This document shows, in pieces, positions 55,410-64,000 of a stretch of 64,000 nucleotides of DNA. Location of the stretch: positions 32,001 through 96,000 of IMG/VR virus record IMGVR_UViG_3300029288_004596. One strand, written 5' to 3'. A model generated the notes under the pieces. The model did no database searches. It was not told where the DNA came from and saw only the letters and a list, made by a program, of their open reading frames with translations. Position numbers and translations under genes: made by a program. The stretch is from a virus (Duplodnaviria; Caudoviricetes). Each line of letters begins with the position of its first letter. The first letter of the stretch is position 1.

Positions 55410-56585
55410 TTACGATACGCTTCTAACTGAGTAGAGCGGAGTGGAGTTCTCTGTGATTCTCACATTCTTTATGGCTACAGCGGCCTTACCAGCGTTGAGC
55501 AGGTCTACTCCATAGACTTCTTTGATCTTCAAATACCTGAGGTCTCTGTTGGGATCATTGAACTCATCGGTCTGTATTCCTTCTCTCTGCAGGATGACTA
55601 TGCCATTGTTTCTATCTATAAGATAGATGTCCGTGGCGGCTGCTGAGGAGTCTCCAGTCGTAGTCACTGTTGTCAGAGTTGGACTCTGAGTGAATGGCAT
55701 GAATGGAGAAACGTTGACAGTGATGCCCCATGGCAAGTTGGCCTGAATATTGTCAGGTCCCATAGGAGCATAGGACTGACCTATAGGTCCATTGGTCAGC
55801 AACTGATACTGAAGCCTTGGGTCTTTCATAAAGATAGTCCAGCCCAGTGGGTGAACTACTAAGTCAGTGGTTATAAAACCATTGGCCAGCTGAAGAGCCA
55901 TAGCGTCAATCAGGTCCATAAAGGCCAGAGAACCATTGCTCTTCTGGTTTGTGTCTTTGCCTGTGGTCTGGTTAGCAGCTCCAGCTATGCTGTTGTCAAA
56001 GGCCACAACCGCTCTGTCCTTGACGGCGTTGAAGATCTTCTCTTCTTTCCATCTGGCCATAGCGAAACCCATGGCTTCCACATGAAGAGCCAGGATATCC
56101 CACATGGAGTCATTTATGACTTCCTCTGGGATAGGGCACTTGAGACCCGACTTCCCAACCTTCACCTCTGTCATGGCTTCCGCGAATGCGAGCGTGTTTT
56201 CCTGGTATTCCTGACCAGGCGCTATGTCGTATGCCCTAAGAGCTCCCACTGTGGGGAATTCTACGGACCTTACTCCATCAGGAATGTTTACCACTTTAGC
56301 CAGTCTCAACTGTCCAGCCATCACTGGATCTTCCATAGGTCTCATTAGAACATCTGAGATTACCTTGGGAAAGAGGATGCTAGCGTCAGGAGCATACAAA
56401 GCTTCTTTGAGGTTGATGCTCATCTCAGGCTTGGACTCCGGAGTGGTAGTCATGAGGGCCTTCATGAACTCAACATTAGCTGTTATATACTTATGGTCAA
56501 GCGGCGACTCGACACCTGGGAGCGTTATTTCTGTAGCTTTCTTTTCCTGTTCTTTGAAAAGATCGCCGATTAACTTTTTACCCAT
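55410..56585 (-). CDS. Major capsid protein (HK97 fold) (391 aa)
   Basis: Follows protease, scaffold and decoration genes; IAPGQEY, KSGLK..IPEEVINDSMWDI, LVVHPLGW, YG..LLN; strong AAGGAG RBS and downstream terminator. Confidence 0.9.
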   Translation of the reverse strand: MGKKLIGDLFKEQEKKATEITLPGVESPLDHKYITANVEFMKALMTTTPESKPEMSINLKEALYAPDASILFPKVISDVLMRPMEDPVMAGQLRLAKVVNIPDGVRSVEFPTVGALRAYDIAPGQEYQENTLAFAEAMTEVKVGKSGLKCPIPEEVINDSMWDILALHVEAMGFAMARWKEEKIFNAVKDRAVVAFDNSIAGAANQTTGKDTNQKSNGSLAFMDLIDAMALQLANGFITTDLVVHPLGWTIFMKDPRLQYQLLTNGPIGQSYAPMGPDNIQANLPWGITVNVSPFMPFTQSPTLTTVTTTGDSSAAATDIYLIDRNNGIVILQREGIQTDEFNDPNRDLRYLKIKEVYGVDLLNAGKAAVAIKNVRITENSTPLYSVRSVS

Positions 56586-56611
56586 TCTAAAAAGTCTCCT
56601 TATCTTAGTTG

Positions 56612-56633
56612 ACTAAGGGGTCGCCCCCTGAGT
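56612..56633 (-). promoter_or_regulatory. GNRA-tetraloop stem-loop upstream of the capsid gene (possible mRNA stabiliser/processing site)
   Basis: ACTCAGGGG-GCGA-CCCCTTAGT with no U tract. Confidence 0.45.
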
Positions 56634-57980
56634 TTAGTCTATCATTACTCTTAGGATGCCGACAGATCCAGCCACATCAATGTGAGCAGGAGTGCCTCCG
56701 CCTAAGCTTGAGTAATATCCATCAGTCAGTTGCATCTGTCCAGAGTCATATCTCTGACCTGAGCCAAGATCCTCATAGTAATAGTCAACTCTTATGTCCG
56801 TGTCAGGAACAGTTGTAGATCCATCAGAAGCCTTAACGCCCATCAACCTTAAGGTGTTGCCTATAGGGTTAATAGTATAGTTCTTTCCTATGGAGTAGTC
56901 TTCTATATACAGGTTGGTAAACCTTGGCAGAGCAGTCCATGCGTCAGTGGTTGTAGTCCAGTCTCCAGTGTCTCCATCAAAGTAAGAGCACCCAGCGGAT
57001 ACGTAGACTGTTATAGACTTGTAAGCCGCAATCTGTCTCTGAACTCCGCCCACATCAATAGTGAATTCATTGTCCCCAATAGACGCGAGATTAGCGGCCT
57101 GAGCTGTAGTGGCTGTGGTGAAACCAGGAAGCTGAATCCTTGGAAGGTCCCATGCTCCATAGTTGTCTCTTACCCACTTCAACCAGCCCGGATAGTCAGA
57201 GTCTATAAGCTCAAGACCAAGGACTGTTCCAGCAATCATCTCTGGACCCTGACCCCAGCTGTATATAACATTCTTTACTGCGCTAGCGGTAAAGGTTACA
57301 ACCCATCCAACCGAGTTTTTCCATGCGGCTGTTCCTGTGGTGGGGACACCAGCGGCGGTAAAGCCAAGAATAGCTCTTGGAGTTATATGAGCGTAAGCCG
57401 CATCAGACAAAGCTCCAGAGGTTATGGTAGCTCCAAGCGTCAACCACTGATTATAGAACTTGCGCTCTATGTACTTGACTACCTTGCCTATATGTCTGTT
57501 ATCTACAGTTGTAGAGTTGTGGTATCCAGGATAAGCTGTCACCTTGTCGCCCTGAGTTAAGTCGCCAAAGATGCCATTGGTGAACCCAGTGGAACTGGCT
57601 ATGTAAGGAAGACCTATAAGCTTGTTCTTGAATAGAGAAGGAAGACTCTTAACTGATCTATCCTGATACCATGCTGAGTGCATAGCGTAACCGGCAAATC
57701 CAAGAGGAGCTATATTAACGCCATCTGCAAGAGTTAGCACTGTGTCATGGCTCTCTGTAATAGCGCCGTTAGTCCCCGCGCCACTACCTGAAGTTATGTC
57801 TTTGGATCCTACGCCAACTAGTCTACCCTTAGGTATAACTACCAGGTCCTGAGGATTCTTTGGGTCCTGGCCTAGAACAGGAAGCGAGGGATCCAGTTTA
57901 AATGTTTCAGCAGGCGCGTCTGTGCCAGAAATTTCCAAATCTGTTGGCCATCGTCTACCTGTCGGGAGATATCCTATCAT
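56634..57980 (-). CDS. Head decoration/minor capsid protein (448 aa)
   Basis: Between scaffold and capsid genes; VVIPKGRLVG...PLGFA N-terminus; strong RBS. Confidence 0.6.
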   Translation of the reverse strand: MIGYLPTGRRWPTDLEISGTDAPAETFKLDPSLPVLGQDPKNPQDLVVIPKGRLVGVGSKDITSGSGAGTNGAITESHDTVLTLADGVNIAPLGFAGYAMHSAWYQDRSVKSLPSLFKNKLIGLPYIASSTGFTNGIFGDLTQGDKVTAYPGYHNSTTVDNRHIGKVVKYIERKFYNQWLTLGATITSGALSDAAYAHITPRAILGFTAAGVPTTGTAAWKNSVGWVVTFTASAVKNVIYSWGQGPEMIAGTVLGLELIDSDYPGWLKWVRDNYGAWDLPRIQLPGFTTATTAQAANLASIGDNEFTIDVGGVQRQIAAYKSITVYVSAGCSYFDGDTGDWTTTTDAWTALPRFTNLYIEDYSIGKNYTINPIGNTLRLMGVKASDGSTTVPDTDIRVDYYYEDLGSGQRYDSGQMQLTDGYYSSLGGGTPAHIDVAGSVGILRVMID

Positions 57981-57991
57981 TATGTTTCTCC

Positions 57992-59326
57992 TTATCCCTT
58001 AATTTTAGCAAGTTTCTCTCTAAGTTCCTCAGCTTTCTTTCCTCTGGGGAACATGAGAGTTATTGTGGTTTCTTCTTCATCTGTGATTTTGCTATAGAGG
58101 TCTTCCTGGAGAGCTTCCTTAGTTACCTCAGTTGTTTGAGCGGTCATTCCAGTTTCCTGATGGAGTGTGGGATCTTCTAACTTCTCCACATCCTCAGTGG
58201 CTGGAGAGACCTCTATGGAACTGAGATCCTCAATGTGTATCTTGAGGTACTCTTCAGATCTTCCAGTAAATAGCTCTACTAGATCATCAAATGACTTAGT
58301 CTTTGAGAGCGGGTGTCCTTTCTCTATGGAAAGTCTAGCCGCCTCCTTAGCCAGTAAGACATGCTTTTCAGCAATCAGTTCAGCCAGCTTAGCTTCAAGA
58401 GTCCTGGTCAACTCTCTCGAGTCCTCCAGTTCCTTGTTGATCTTGTCAGGCTCTTCTGATTCCTTGTCCCATGGCGGCGTCTCGTTCATTTTCTTATAGT
58501 ACTTGCCTAGGTGAGATCGTATCCCAGCCTTGTCAGAGTCTGAGACCTTAGCTTTATTTATGGAAGCCGCGGCCGCGTAAACTCCTCTTTTTATGGCTGT
58601 GAGTTTTCCATCCTCCACAGTGGCTATTGGGAACTTGTAACTCCCAGCTTTATCATCAGCTTCAGAGTCGTACCAGACAAAACCCTTTCGGTATTTAGCC
58701 CAGTTGACATTTCCCTTTGAATCCTTGGCATACTCCATTAGAGCTTTTCTGGCTTCACCTTCATCCCAAGCCCTATCCGAGGTATCTATAGGAAGGTTTT
58801 GGTAAGGCACAACTGCCTCGATGAAGATCTGATCCTCATAGTCTTTAAGGATAGAGGACTGCTCTTCTAAGTCTGTTTTCAGAGATTCAATCTGGGCTGT
58901 CAATTCCTGCTCTCTTTCCTCCGAGACTATCAGGAGGTCATCGAGTTCTTTCTTTAGCTCTGTGGTTCCCATACTGTCAATGTAATCGCCTTTTTCTGTG
59001 AGGAAACTATATATAAGCTTATAGTTTTCCTTGGTGATTGGTATTGGATATGGTTCAGTATTCTCAGCCGGCTCTATGTCCTGGAACTCTATGAGGTCTT
59101 CCTCGGTGAGAGATTCCTTTCCATGAGCCATGAGTATACTCAGGATGCCAGAGATCTGCTCTGGTGTGTGATTGCTCTGTCTGATCTCTTTAGCGGCTGT
59201 AACTATAGCCTCTCTAGTAGATACATCGTAGCCAGACATCAAAAGTTCTATCTGGTTGTCTGGATCCACTAGCTTTGTCAGATACGCAATATTCATGCTA
59301 TCATCCTTTCGCTCGCATGTCGCCAT
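57992..59326 (-). CDS. Capsid scaffolding-like protein (acidic coiled coil with an inserted globular domain) (444 aa)
   Basis: Glu-rich coiled coils between the protease and capsid genes; insert LPI...RAWD...YRKGF.WYD...SYKFPIA...HL.KYY..M...PPW. Confidence 0.65.
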   Translation of the reverse strand: MATCERKDDSMNIAYLTKLVDPDNQIELLMSGYDVSTREAIVTAAKEIRQSNHTPEQISGILSILMAHGKESLTEEDLIEFQDIEPAENTEPYPIPITKENYKLIYSFLTEKGDYIDSMGTTELKKELDDLLIVSEEREQELTAQIESLKTDLEEQSSILKDYEDQIFIEAVVPYQNLPIDTSDRAWDEGEARKALMEYAKDSKGNVNWAKYRKGFVWYDSEADDKAGSYKFPIATVEDGKLTAIKRGVYAAAASINKAKVSDSDKAGIRSHLGKYYKKMNETPPWDKESEEPDKINKELEDSRELTRTLEAKLAELIAEKHVLLAKEAARLSIEKGHPLSKTKSFDDLVELFTGRSEEYLKIHIEDLSSIEVSPATEDVEKLEDPTLHQETGMTAQTTEVTKEALQEDLYSKITDEEETTITLMFPRGKKAEELREKLAKIKG

Positions 59327-59328
59327 GC

Positions 59329-60165
59329 TTATTGGAGTTTCCTTATCCTGCCTCTGAAAGACTTGAGATCTTCAGGCGTGAGGCTAACCTCGCAACCCTC
59401 CAGGATCCTCTGGTAGGTTCTCTTGGACACTCCAAGAACTTGTTCCCTATAGCTTTCAACTGGTATTTTGCTTTCAGTAGCCATATCTAACAGGAACTCG
59501 CCCTTGCTTCCTCCTAATAGAACTCTAGCTTCGCTTTCAGGCAGAGTCGGGTTTACAACTCCAGCATTTACATCAGATGGAACATTGACAAATGAAATCT
59601 CATCCATCCTTATTCCACCAAGTATCCAGTGACACAGATCCCCATCATAGGTCTGTCCTTTGTAGTGGTCGCAGAGTCCCTCTTTAACCAGGTCCCTTTT
59701 GCATATGCTGCATGTCACAGAGTCTACGCTGCTTCCTATGCTGACAGTAAGCCACCTTCCAGTCAGTATCTTTTCTATAGCGTCTTTGTCTGTGATAGCG
59801 GCTATGGCTTTCACCCATCCCCCTCCGGAGCGGTGCTCATTAACGAACTGAGCGTTGTACACTCTTCCAAATGGAGGGGAAACCTCTCCTCCAAAGAACC
59901 CGCCAGCTGATGCGTGATCTTTGAGGACTGGAACTGGGTAAGGATAGTAGAAAGAAATTGCCCCTGTTCCTTCTTCCGCCTTGCCTACCAGTTCCTTTTT
60001 GGGATAAAAGGTGTTGTTCCTGGTTATCCAGTTAGCTGTGATAGCTCTGATCTCTGTGAATATAACCTCAGGGGTCTCAGCAAGAGAAGATTCTTTAATC
60101 TTTCTTACTGGGATGCCCACCTGGACACTCTCAACTTGTTTTCTTAGGTCCATTGTGTTCCTCAT
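59329..60165 (-). CDS. Prohead (capsid maturation) protease (278 aa)
   Basis: PVLKDH, GRV, AIEKIL.GR.LTVSIG, CSIC...C.H..G..Y, EISFVNVPSD. Confidence 0.85.
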   Translation of the reverse strand: MRNTMDLRKQVESVQVGIPVRKIKESSLAETPEVIFTEIRAITANWITRNNTFYPKKELVGKAEEGTGAISFYYPYPVPVLKDHASAGGFFGGEVSPPFGRVYNAQFVNEHRSGGGWVKAIAAITDKDAIEKILTGRWLTVSIGSSVDSVTCSICKRDLVKEGLCDHYKGQTYDGDLCHWILGGIRMDEISFVNVPSDVNAGVVNPTLPESEARVLLGGSKGEFLLDMATESKIPVESYREQVLGVSKRTYQRILEGCEVSLTPEDLKSFRGRIRKLQ

Positions 60166-60548
60166 TTTACCAAGTTAGTCATTATGTTTCCTAGTAATTG
60201 AGAGAGCTCTCCCCCCAGCACAACCCCTAGGGCTCCTAGGCCTGCTGAGATGATAGCTACTTTCAGCTTTATAGCTGACATTTCTTTGACAGAGTCTTCC
60301 AACTTGACTGTCAAAGAGTCTATTTTAGCTAACAGTTCCTGTTTGGAGTCTCCGGAAATATCAGCTAAATCTTTAGCGCATTGTTTAAACTCGCCCCTTA
60401 GTTCTACCTTGGTGTCATGGATAGACTGCACTGACCAGTCCTTTAAGGTGCTCATGGATTCTTCCACCTTCTCCAGACTCTTGTCGTGTCTCTCCAGGGT
60501 AGCCATGACTAGCTGGGCATAGTTAGCCCAATCGCCTTCATAGCTCAC
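60162..60548 (-). CDS. Coiled-coil protein with a C-terminal membrane helix (holin/XhlA-like) (128 aa)
   Basis: Heptad-rich N-terminus, then KVAIISAGLGALGVVLGG. Confidence 0.45.
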   Translation of the reverse strand: MSYEGDWANYAQLVMATLERHDKSLEKVEESMSTLKDWSVQSIHDTKVELRGEFKQCAKDLADISGDSKQELLAKIDSLTVKLEDSVKEMSAIKLKVAIISAGLGALGVVLGGELSQLLGNIMTNLVK

Positions 60549-60999
60549 CGCACGGTATACTCGGGGATGCTGGCATAGTTACCATCCATAACCAAGTATC
60601 CTCCTCTGTCTTCATGGAATGAGACGAGCATGGAGGAATAACCAGAGTGTCATACTGAGCTAGCTCATAAGTGACATTATCCATAGTCACAGTGAGGGTT
60701 CCTGACATAACGCCAATGACTAGTTTTTCTGGGTGCGCATGCGCTGTTAATTCTGTGCCTGAAGATAGAAACTTCTGCGCTATTGACGCGTTGGGGTCTG
60801 TGTGTATTCCAAATACCAATGCTGTGCCCTTTATTGTTGTTAGTTCCTCGTACTCGGTCCGACTTCTTGACAGGTTCTTAACTATATCCTCAAATAAAAC
60901 TAGTTTTTTAGTGGTGCTCTTCAGCTCCTCTATTCTTGAGTTTAGAGTCAAAGCCTTTAATTCAGACAGGTTCTTAGTAAGCTTTTCATCTGTTGTCAT
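60538..60999 (-). CDS. Cupin-domain protein (153 aa)
   Basis: G..LTAHAHPE...V.SG.L...(x)n...IPP..SHS are the two cupin metal-binding motifs. Confidence 0.8.
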   Translation of the reverse strand: MTTDEKLTKNLSELKALTLNSRIEELKSTTKKLVLFEDIVKNLSRSRTEYEELTTIKGTALVFGIHTDPNASIAQKFLSSGTELTAHAHPEKLVIGVMSGTLTVTMDNVTYELAQYDTLVIPPCSSHSMKTEEDTWLWMVTMPASPSIPCGEL

Positions 61000-61001
61000 A
61001 A

Positions 61002-62600
61002 TTACCTACCAGACAGTAACTCTAACCGGGGTCTCATGGACTCGAACTTCCCATAGATAGCGGAAGGGCTGTCGGTTAGTTTACTAAACTCTATCGCCTC
61101 TTTGAAAACTCCTCTCACAGTTTCAGGTATAGAATCTAGATCCACTGTTGGTTTCCTATTTTCTAACACATCCTGCATTAGGGAGTCGTACTCCTCCATC
61201 ACCAGAGAGTTCTTCGTGTGCTGGTTAGAGGGCTTAACTTTGTTTTGGGTTTGATTGTTGAAGGGGTCTGCTTGGAATCTAGCAAAGGCCAGGGGGATCT
61301 GCACTGTGTTAATATAAAGTTTAGCTCTGTCTTGATCAGTGAGAGTAGGCCTCTTTAGAACGCTCCTGACTTCATCCTCAGTTATTATGTTTCCTGAGTA
61401 CTGAAGCATAGCGTGTTCTTCATCTTTTCTTCTTCTGTCTGAGTTAGACTCATTGAACTTGAAGGCCACTGACTGGTCTGGATTAGCCAGAGGATCGAAT
61501 CCTCCCTCCAGCAGCAGTTCTCTCAGTATATAGAAGGAGATAAAGAATGAGAGCTCTTCTTGGAATAACCTGGTCTGGTCCTCCATCACTGAGGAGAAGG
61601 AGTCGGCGCTTCCGGCGGAAGATGTTGAGGCTTCGCCAGCTATCACAGTGGATAGTCCTAGCCCAGCAAATACTCTTTGCTTCATTATCTTAAGGTATCC
61701 TTCAGCTCTGAGAGCTTTGGACTCCACCCCGATAATGCTTATTTTGTGTCCAGGGGGGGTTATCAGATAACCGTTGACAGGGGATATATCATGCCTTGAG
61801 GCTGCGTCTCTTAAGTCTTGCTGTCTTATTCCTCCCACCCCCAAGGTGTCTGGCAGTTCATGGTGAACTATGGGATTGAGAGATTTGAATATAAGGTGGA
61901 CTACCATCTCTTCACACTGTCTTAAGATTCTTACATCATCTAAGACTGAGATAACTCTTGAGGTCCCCCACTGCCCGCCGGACTGTTTGTTGTGGTGCAG
62001 GTGCACAATCTGATCTGGCTTGTATATTATGGGACTTCCCCCTGATCTTCTATGTTCCCATGCTGTTATGTTTCCTGTCTCATCCAGCACAGGTTTTATC
62101 AGGAGAGGGCTGATAGAGTAGTAGCCACCTATAGGTTTCTGTTTATTTACTCCCTGTATGTTCAGGTTCTTTACAGGTTTAGTGTATCTTTGTTTTATAA
62201 GGAATCCATTGCCCAGTTTAACATAGTCATGGGTGGATCTCTTTATAGTGGTTTGCCAGGGTTCTCCTGTAGCCACTGTCATGAGTTCCAGTCTCATGTT
62301 TATATATTCTAGAGCCTTTGGATCCTTGCATTCTAGAAAGTACCCTTCTTTCCAGATCTTGTTGTGCATCTCATTGACCCCTCTGTGTATATAGGAGTCC
62401 ACCATATATCCATTCTGGATATCCTGGAGTTTATAAGGAGATGCTGTGCCTGTCTGATTAGCCCTGGAAGAACTGCCGACATCAAACTTGAGAGTTGGGT
62501 CTGTCAAGTCTGGGAGTATAGTGGCGGCGTTAAGTTTGCGTCTTCCCTCATCTACTAGGGTGAGACCTGTTTTTATAGGTTTTTCCTGGGTTAGTATCAT
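61002..62600 (-). CDS. Portal protein (532 aa)
   Basis: DYVKLGNGFLIK, IVHLH...WGTS...V..DV..LRQ.E, RVFAGLG.S, G.IT.DEVR..L; upstream of the protease. Confidence 0.85.
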   Translation of the reverse strand: MILTQEKPIKTGLTLVDEGRRKLNAATILPDLTDPTLKFDVGSSSRANQTGTASPYKLQDIQNGYMVDSYIHRGVNEMHNKIWKEGYFLECKDPKALEYINMRLELMTVATGEPWQTTIKRSTHDYVKLGNGFLIKQRYTKPVKNLNIQGVNKQKPIGGYYSISPLLIKPVLDETGNITAWEHRRSGGSPIIYKPDQIVHLHHNKQSGGQWGTSRVISVLDDVRILRQCEEMVVHLIFKSLNPIVHHELPDTLGVGGIRQQDLRDAASRHDISPVNGYLITPPGHKISIIGVESKALRAEGYLKIMKQRVFAGLGLSTVIAGEASTSSAGSADSFSSVMEDQTRLFQEELSFFISFYILRELLLEGGFDPLANPDQSVAFKFNESNSDRRRKDEEHAMLQYSGNIITEDEVRSVLKRPTLTDQDRAKLYINTVQIPLAFARFQADPFNNQTQNKVKPSNQHTKNSLVMEEYDSLMQDVLENRKPTVDLDSIPETVRGVFKEAIEFSKLTDSPSAIYGKFESMRPRLELLSGR

Positions 62601-62992
62601 CTTAAGACTTCTTCTATTCTGTTAGCTAGGGTATATTTGTCTATTGGGTCATCAGGGTATATGACTATCAGGGGTATATCCACTTTCTTGCATATCCTTA
62701 TGGAGTAGGACACATTAGCCACGCATAGTTTCCATATCTTCTCTTTGGCGTATTTTCTTATATAGGTTCTGGGAACAATAAGAACTGCCAAGGGGAGTTC
62801 TGGATACAGGTAATTCAGGAATACGTCATGCTCCGAGCCTGTCCAGTGATGGGTTCCATCAGCTATGTAAGGGAGGTCTTCCATCAATTCTTCCAGTACA
62901 GCCTGTACTTCTATGCGTCTCTGAGCAGACCATCTTCTACTGGATCTGATAGAGCGCAGCGCATCCAGCAAGAGGGTGTAAATCTTTTTCAT
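62597..62992 (-). CDS. Hypothetical protein (131 aa)
   Basis: GGAGG RBS precedes the ATG at 62992 (MKKIY...); ATGA overlap with the portal gene. Confidence 0.55.
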   Translation of the reverse strand: MKKIYTLLLDALRSIRSSRRWSAQRRIEVQAVLEELMEDLPYIADGTHHWTGSEHDVFLNYLYPELPLAVLIVPRTYIRKYAKEKIWKLCVANVSYSIRICKKVDIPLIVIYPDDPIDKYTLANRIEEVLR

Positions 62993-63005
62993 GTAGCCTC
63001 CAGTC

Positions 63006-64000
63006 CTAAGGCTTCCAGTATATAGTTTCGTTATCTTCATGCAGGGCATTATCCAGTTCCCATATGGGAAGGACTCCCGCATTGTAGAGTTCCAGTTTCT
63101 GTGTGAGGTCTTTGCCTAGCGGCATTCCCTGTCCAAGGGCTCTTGTCTTCTCAGCTTCAGCTTTAGACTCTGGTATCACTATATCTCTATTCTGAGCTAC
63201 TTTCTGGTTTATCTCCTGAGCCTTGGCATGCTCCTGGGCTGAGGCTATATCATTTAGTTTCTCTTTAACCTCAGGGTCCACTAGACTTCCTGATAATAGC
63301 TGTGACATAGTGAGGACATTGGAAGTGTAATATCTTGAAGAACTCTGATAGGAGAGGTCTACCTCCACCCCAGGGAGCCTGTCTAAAGGAACTTTGGATA
63401 GCGGAAGCTCTACGGCGTTGGAATAGGAAAGCACCCTGTTTATCGCATCCTCATCTATGTAGCCATCAGCCGCCAACCCTTCTAGGGCTATGATGGCTGC
63501 GTCTATTAGTGGGATCCATCTCCTGGCGGAGATAAGGGCTTTAGTTTTCTTGTTCTGATTAAGGAGAAGCTCAGTTCTAGTTTTCTTTTTCTGAGCGAAG
63601 TCTGTTAGGGTGGTTTCGTACTTGTTAAATAGTTCTGAGCTTACATTATCTATTATAGCAATGAATCCATAAAAAGCGTTGCATTGGGTAAGATTATTAA
63701 GTTCTCCCATATATTCATAGACAGGGTCCATTATTCTCTGCACAGATTTGCAGTAGACCTGCAGGATATCTTCTATAGCTAGGTCTATCATTCTGTTGGA
63801 GATGTAGCTTTTAACATAGGCGGCTGCATTCTTCCAGTCCATGGAAGACAGCATATAATAACTTAGTAGAGCAGCCCTTATAGACTTTAATTGTCTTATT
63901 AATTTTTCTATAGAGGATCTGCCTGTGGCTCCGCTGCCCACCAAAAGGTTTCTGACAGCGCACCTTGAGAGTTCTCTCTTGGCTATTCCCACAGCTTCTT
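63006..64000 (-). CDS. Hypothetical helical protein, probably truncated by the window edge
   Basis: The frame stays open past the GTG at 63992 to the window end. Confidence 0.55.
   Translation of the reverse strand, partial: EAVGIAKRELSRCAVRNLLVGSGATGRSSIEKLIRQLKSIRAALLSYYMLSSMDWKNAAAYVKSYISNRMIDLAIEDILQVYCKSVQRIMDPVYEYMGELNNLTQCNAFYGFIAIIDNVSSELFNKYETTLTDFAQKKKTRTELLLNQNKKTKALISARRWIPLIDAAIIALEGLAADGYIDEDAINRVLSYSNAVELPLSKVPLDRLPGVEVDLSYQSSSRYYTSNVLTMSQLLSGSLVDPEVKEKLNDIASAQEHAKAQEINQKVAQNRDIVIPESKAEAEKTRALGQGMPLGKDLTQKLELYNAGVLPIWELDNALHEDNETIYWKP

Noticed and set aside
1-64000. Alternative genetic code (stop-codon reassignment), tRNA genes, terminase
   Set aside because: Genes pack tightly under the standard code and end in TAA, TAG and TGA. 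No tRNA-sized cloverleaf was noticed in the short intergenic gaps, and no terminase motifs were seen (it probably lies outside the window).

Overview
The window is a 64-kb stretch of a large tailed phage with a contractile tail (myovirus-type). Essentially every credible gene is on the minus strand. In transcription order (high to low coordinates) it encodes: portal, cupin, holin-like membrane protein, prohead protease, scaffold, head decoration protein and major capsid protein; an Ig-domain head-completion protein, an accessory fibre/adhesin block and a neck protein; two sheath-like genes, a tail terminator, three tube-like genes and tail chaperones. A 2031-aa protein in the tape-measure position carries a PD-(D/E)XK (Cas4-like) nuclease domain and a degenerate SNase domain. 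An inserted cassette follows (metallophosphoesterase, GT9-like protein, ClpP-like protease, an IsrB OMEGA element with a duplicated omegaRNA 5' hairpin, small ORFs). Then come a 1809-aa protein with a DEDDh exonuclease domain, a family A DNA polymerase, a 2544-aa hub/lysin (SLT plus NlpC/P60), spike and wedge genes, a glycosyltransferase with two inteins and a SEC-C tail, baseplate J and Ser/Thr-rich baseplate/fibre proteins. The most interesting candidates are: (i) a set of probably virion-delivered, nuclease-bearing giant proteins, with a C-terminal motif shared by the 1809-aa protein and a 317-aa protein; (ii) a possible virion glycosylation system (glycosyltransferases plus recurrent TSG motifs in surface proteins); (iii) an IsrB locus with a repeat-spacer-repeat guide arrangement. 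All calls come from reading motifs and gene order by eye; no searches were run.
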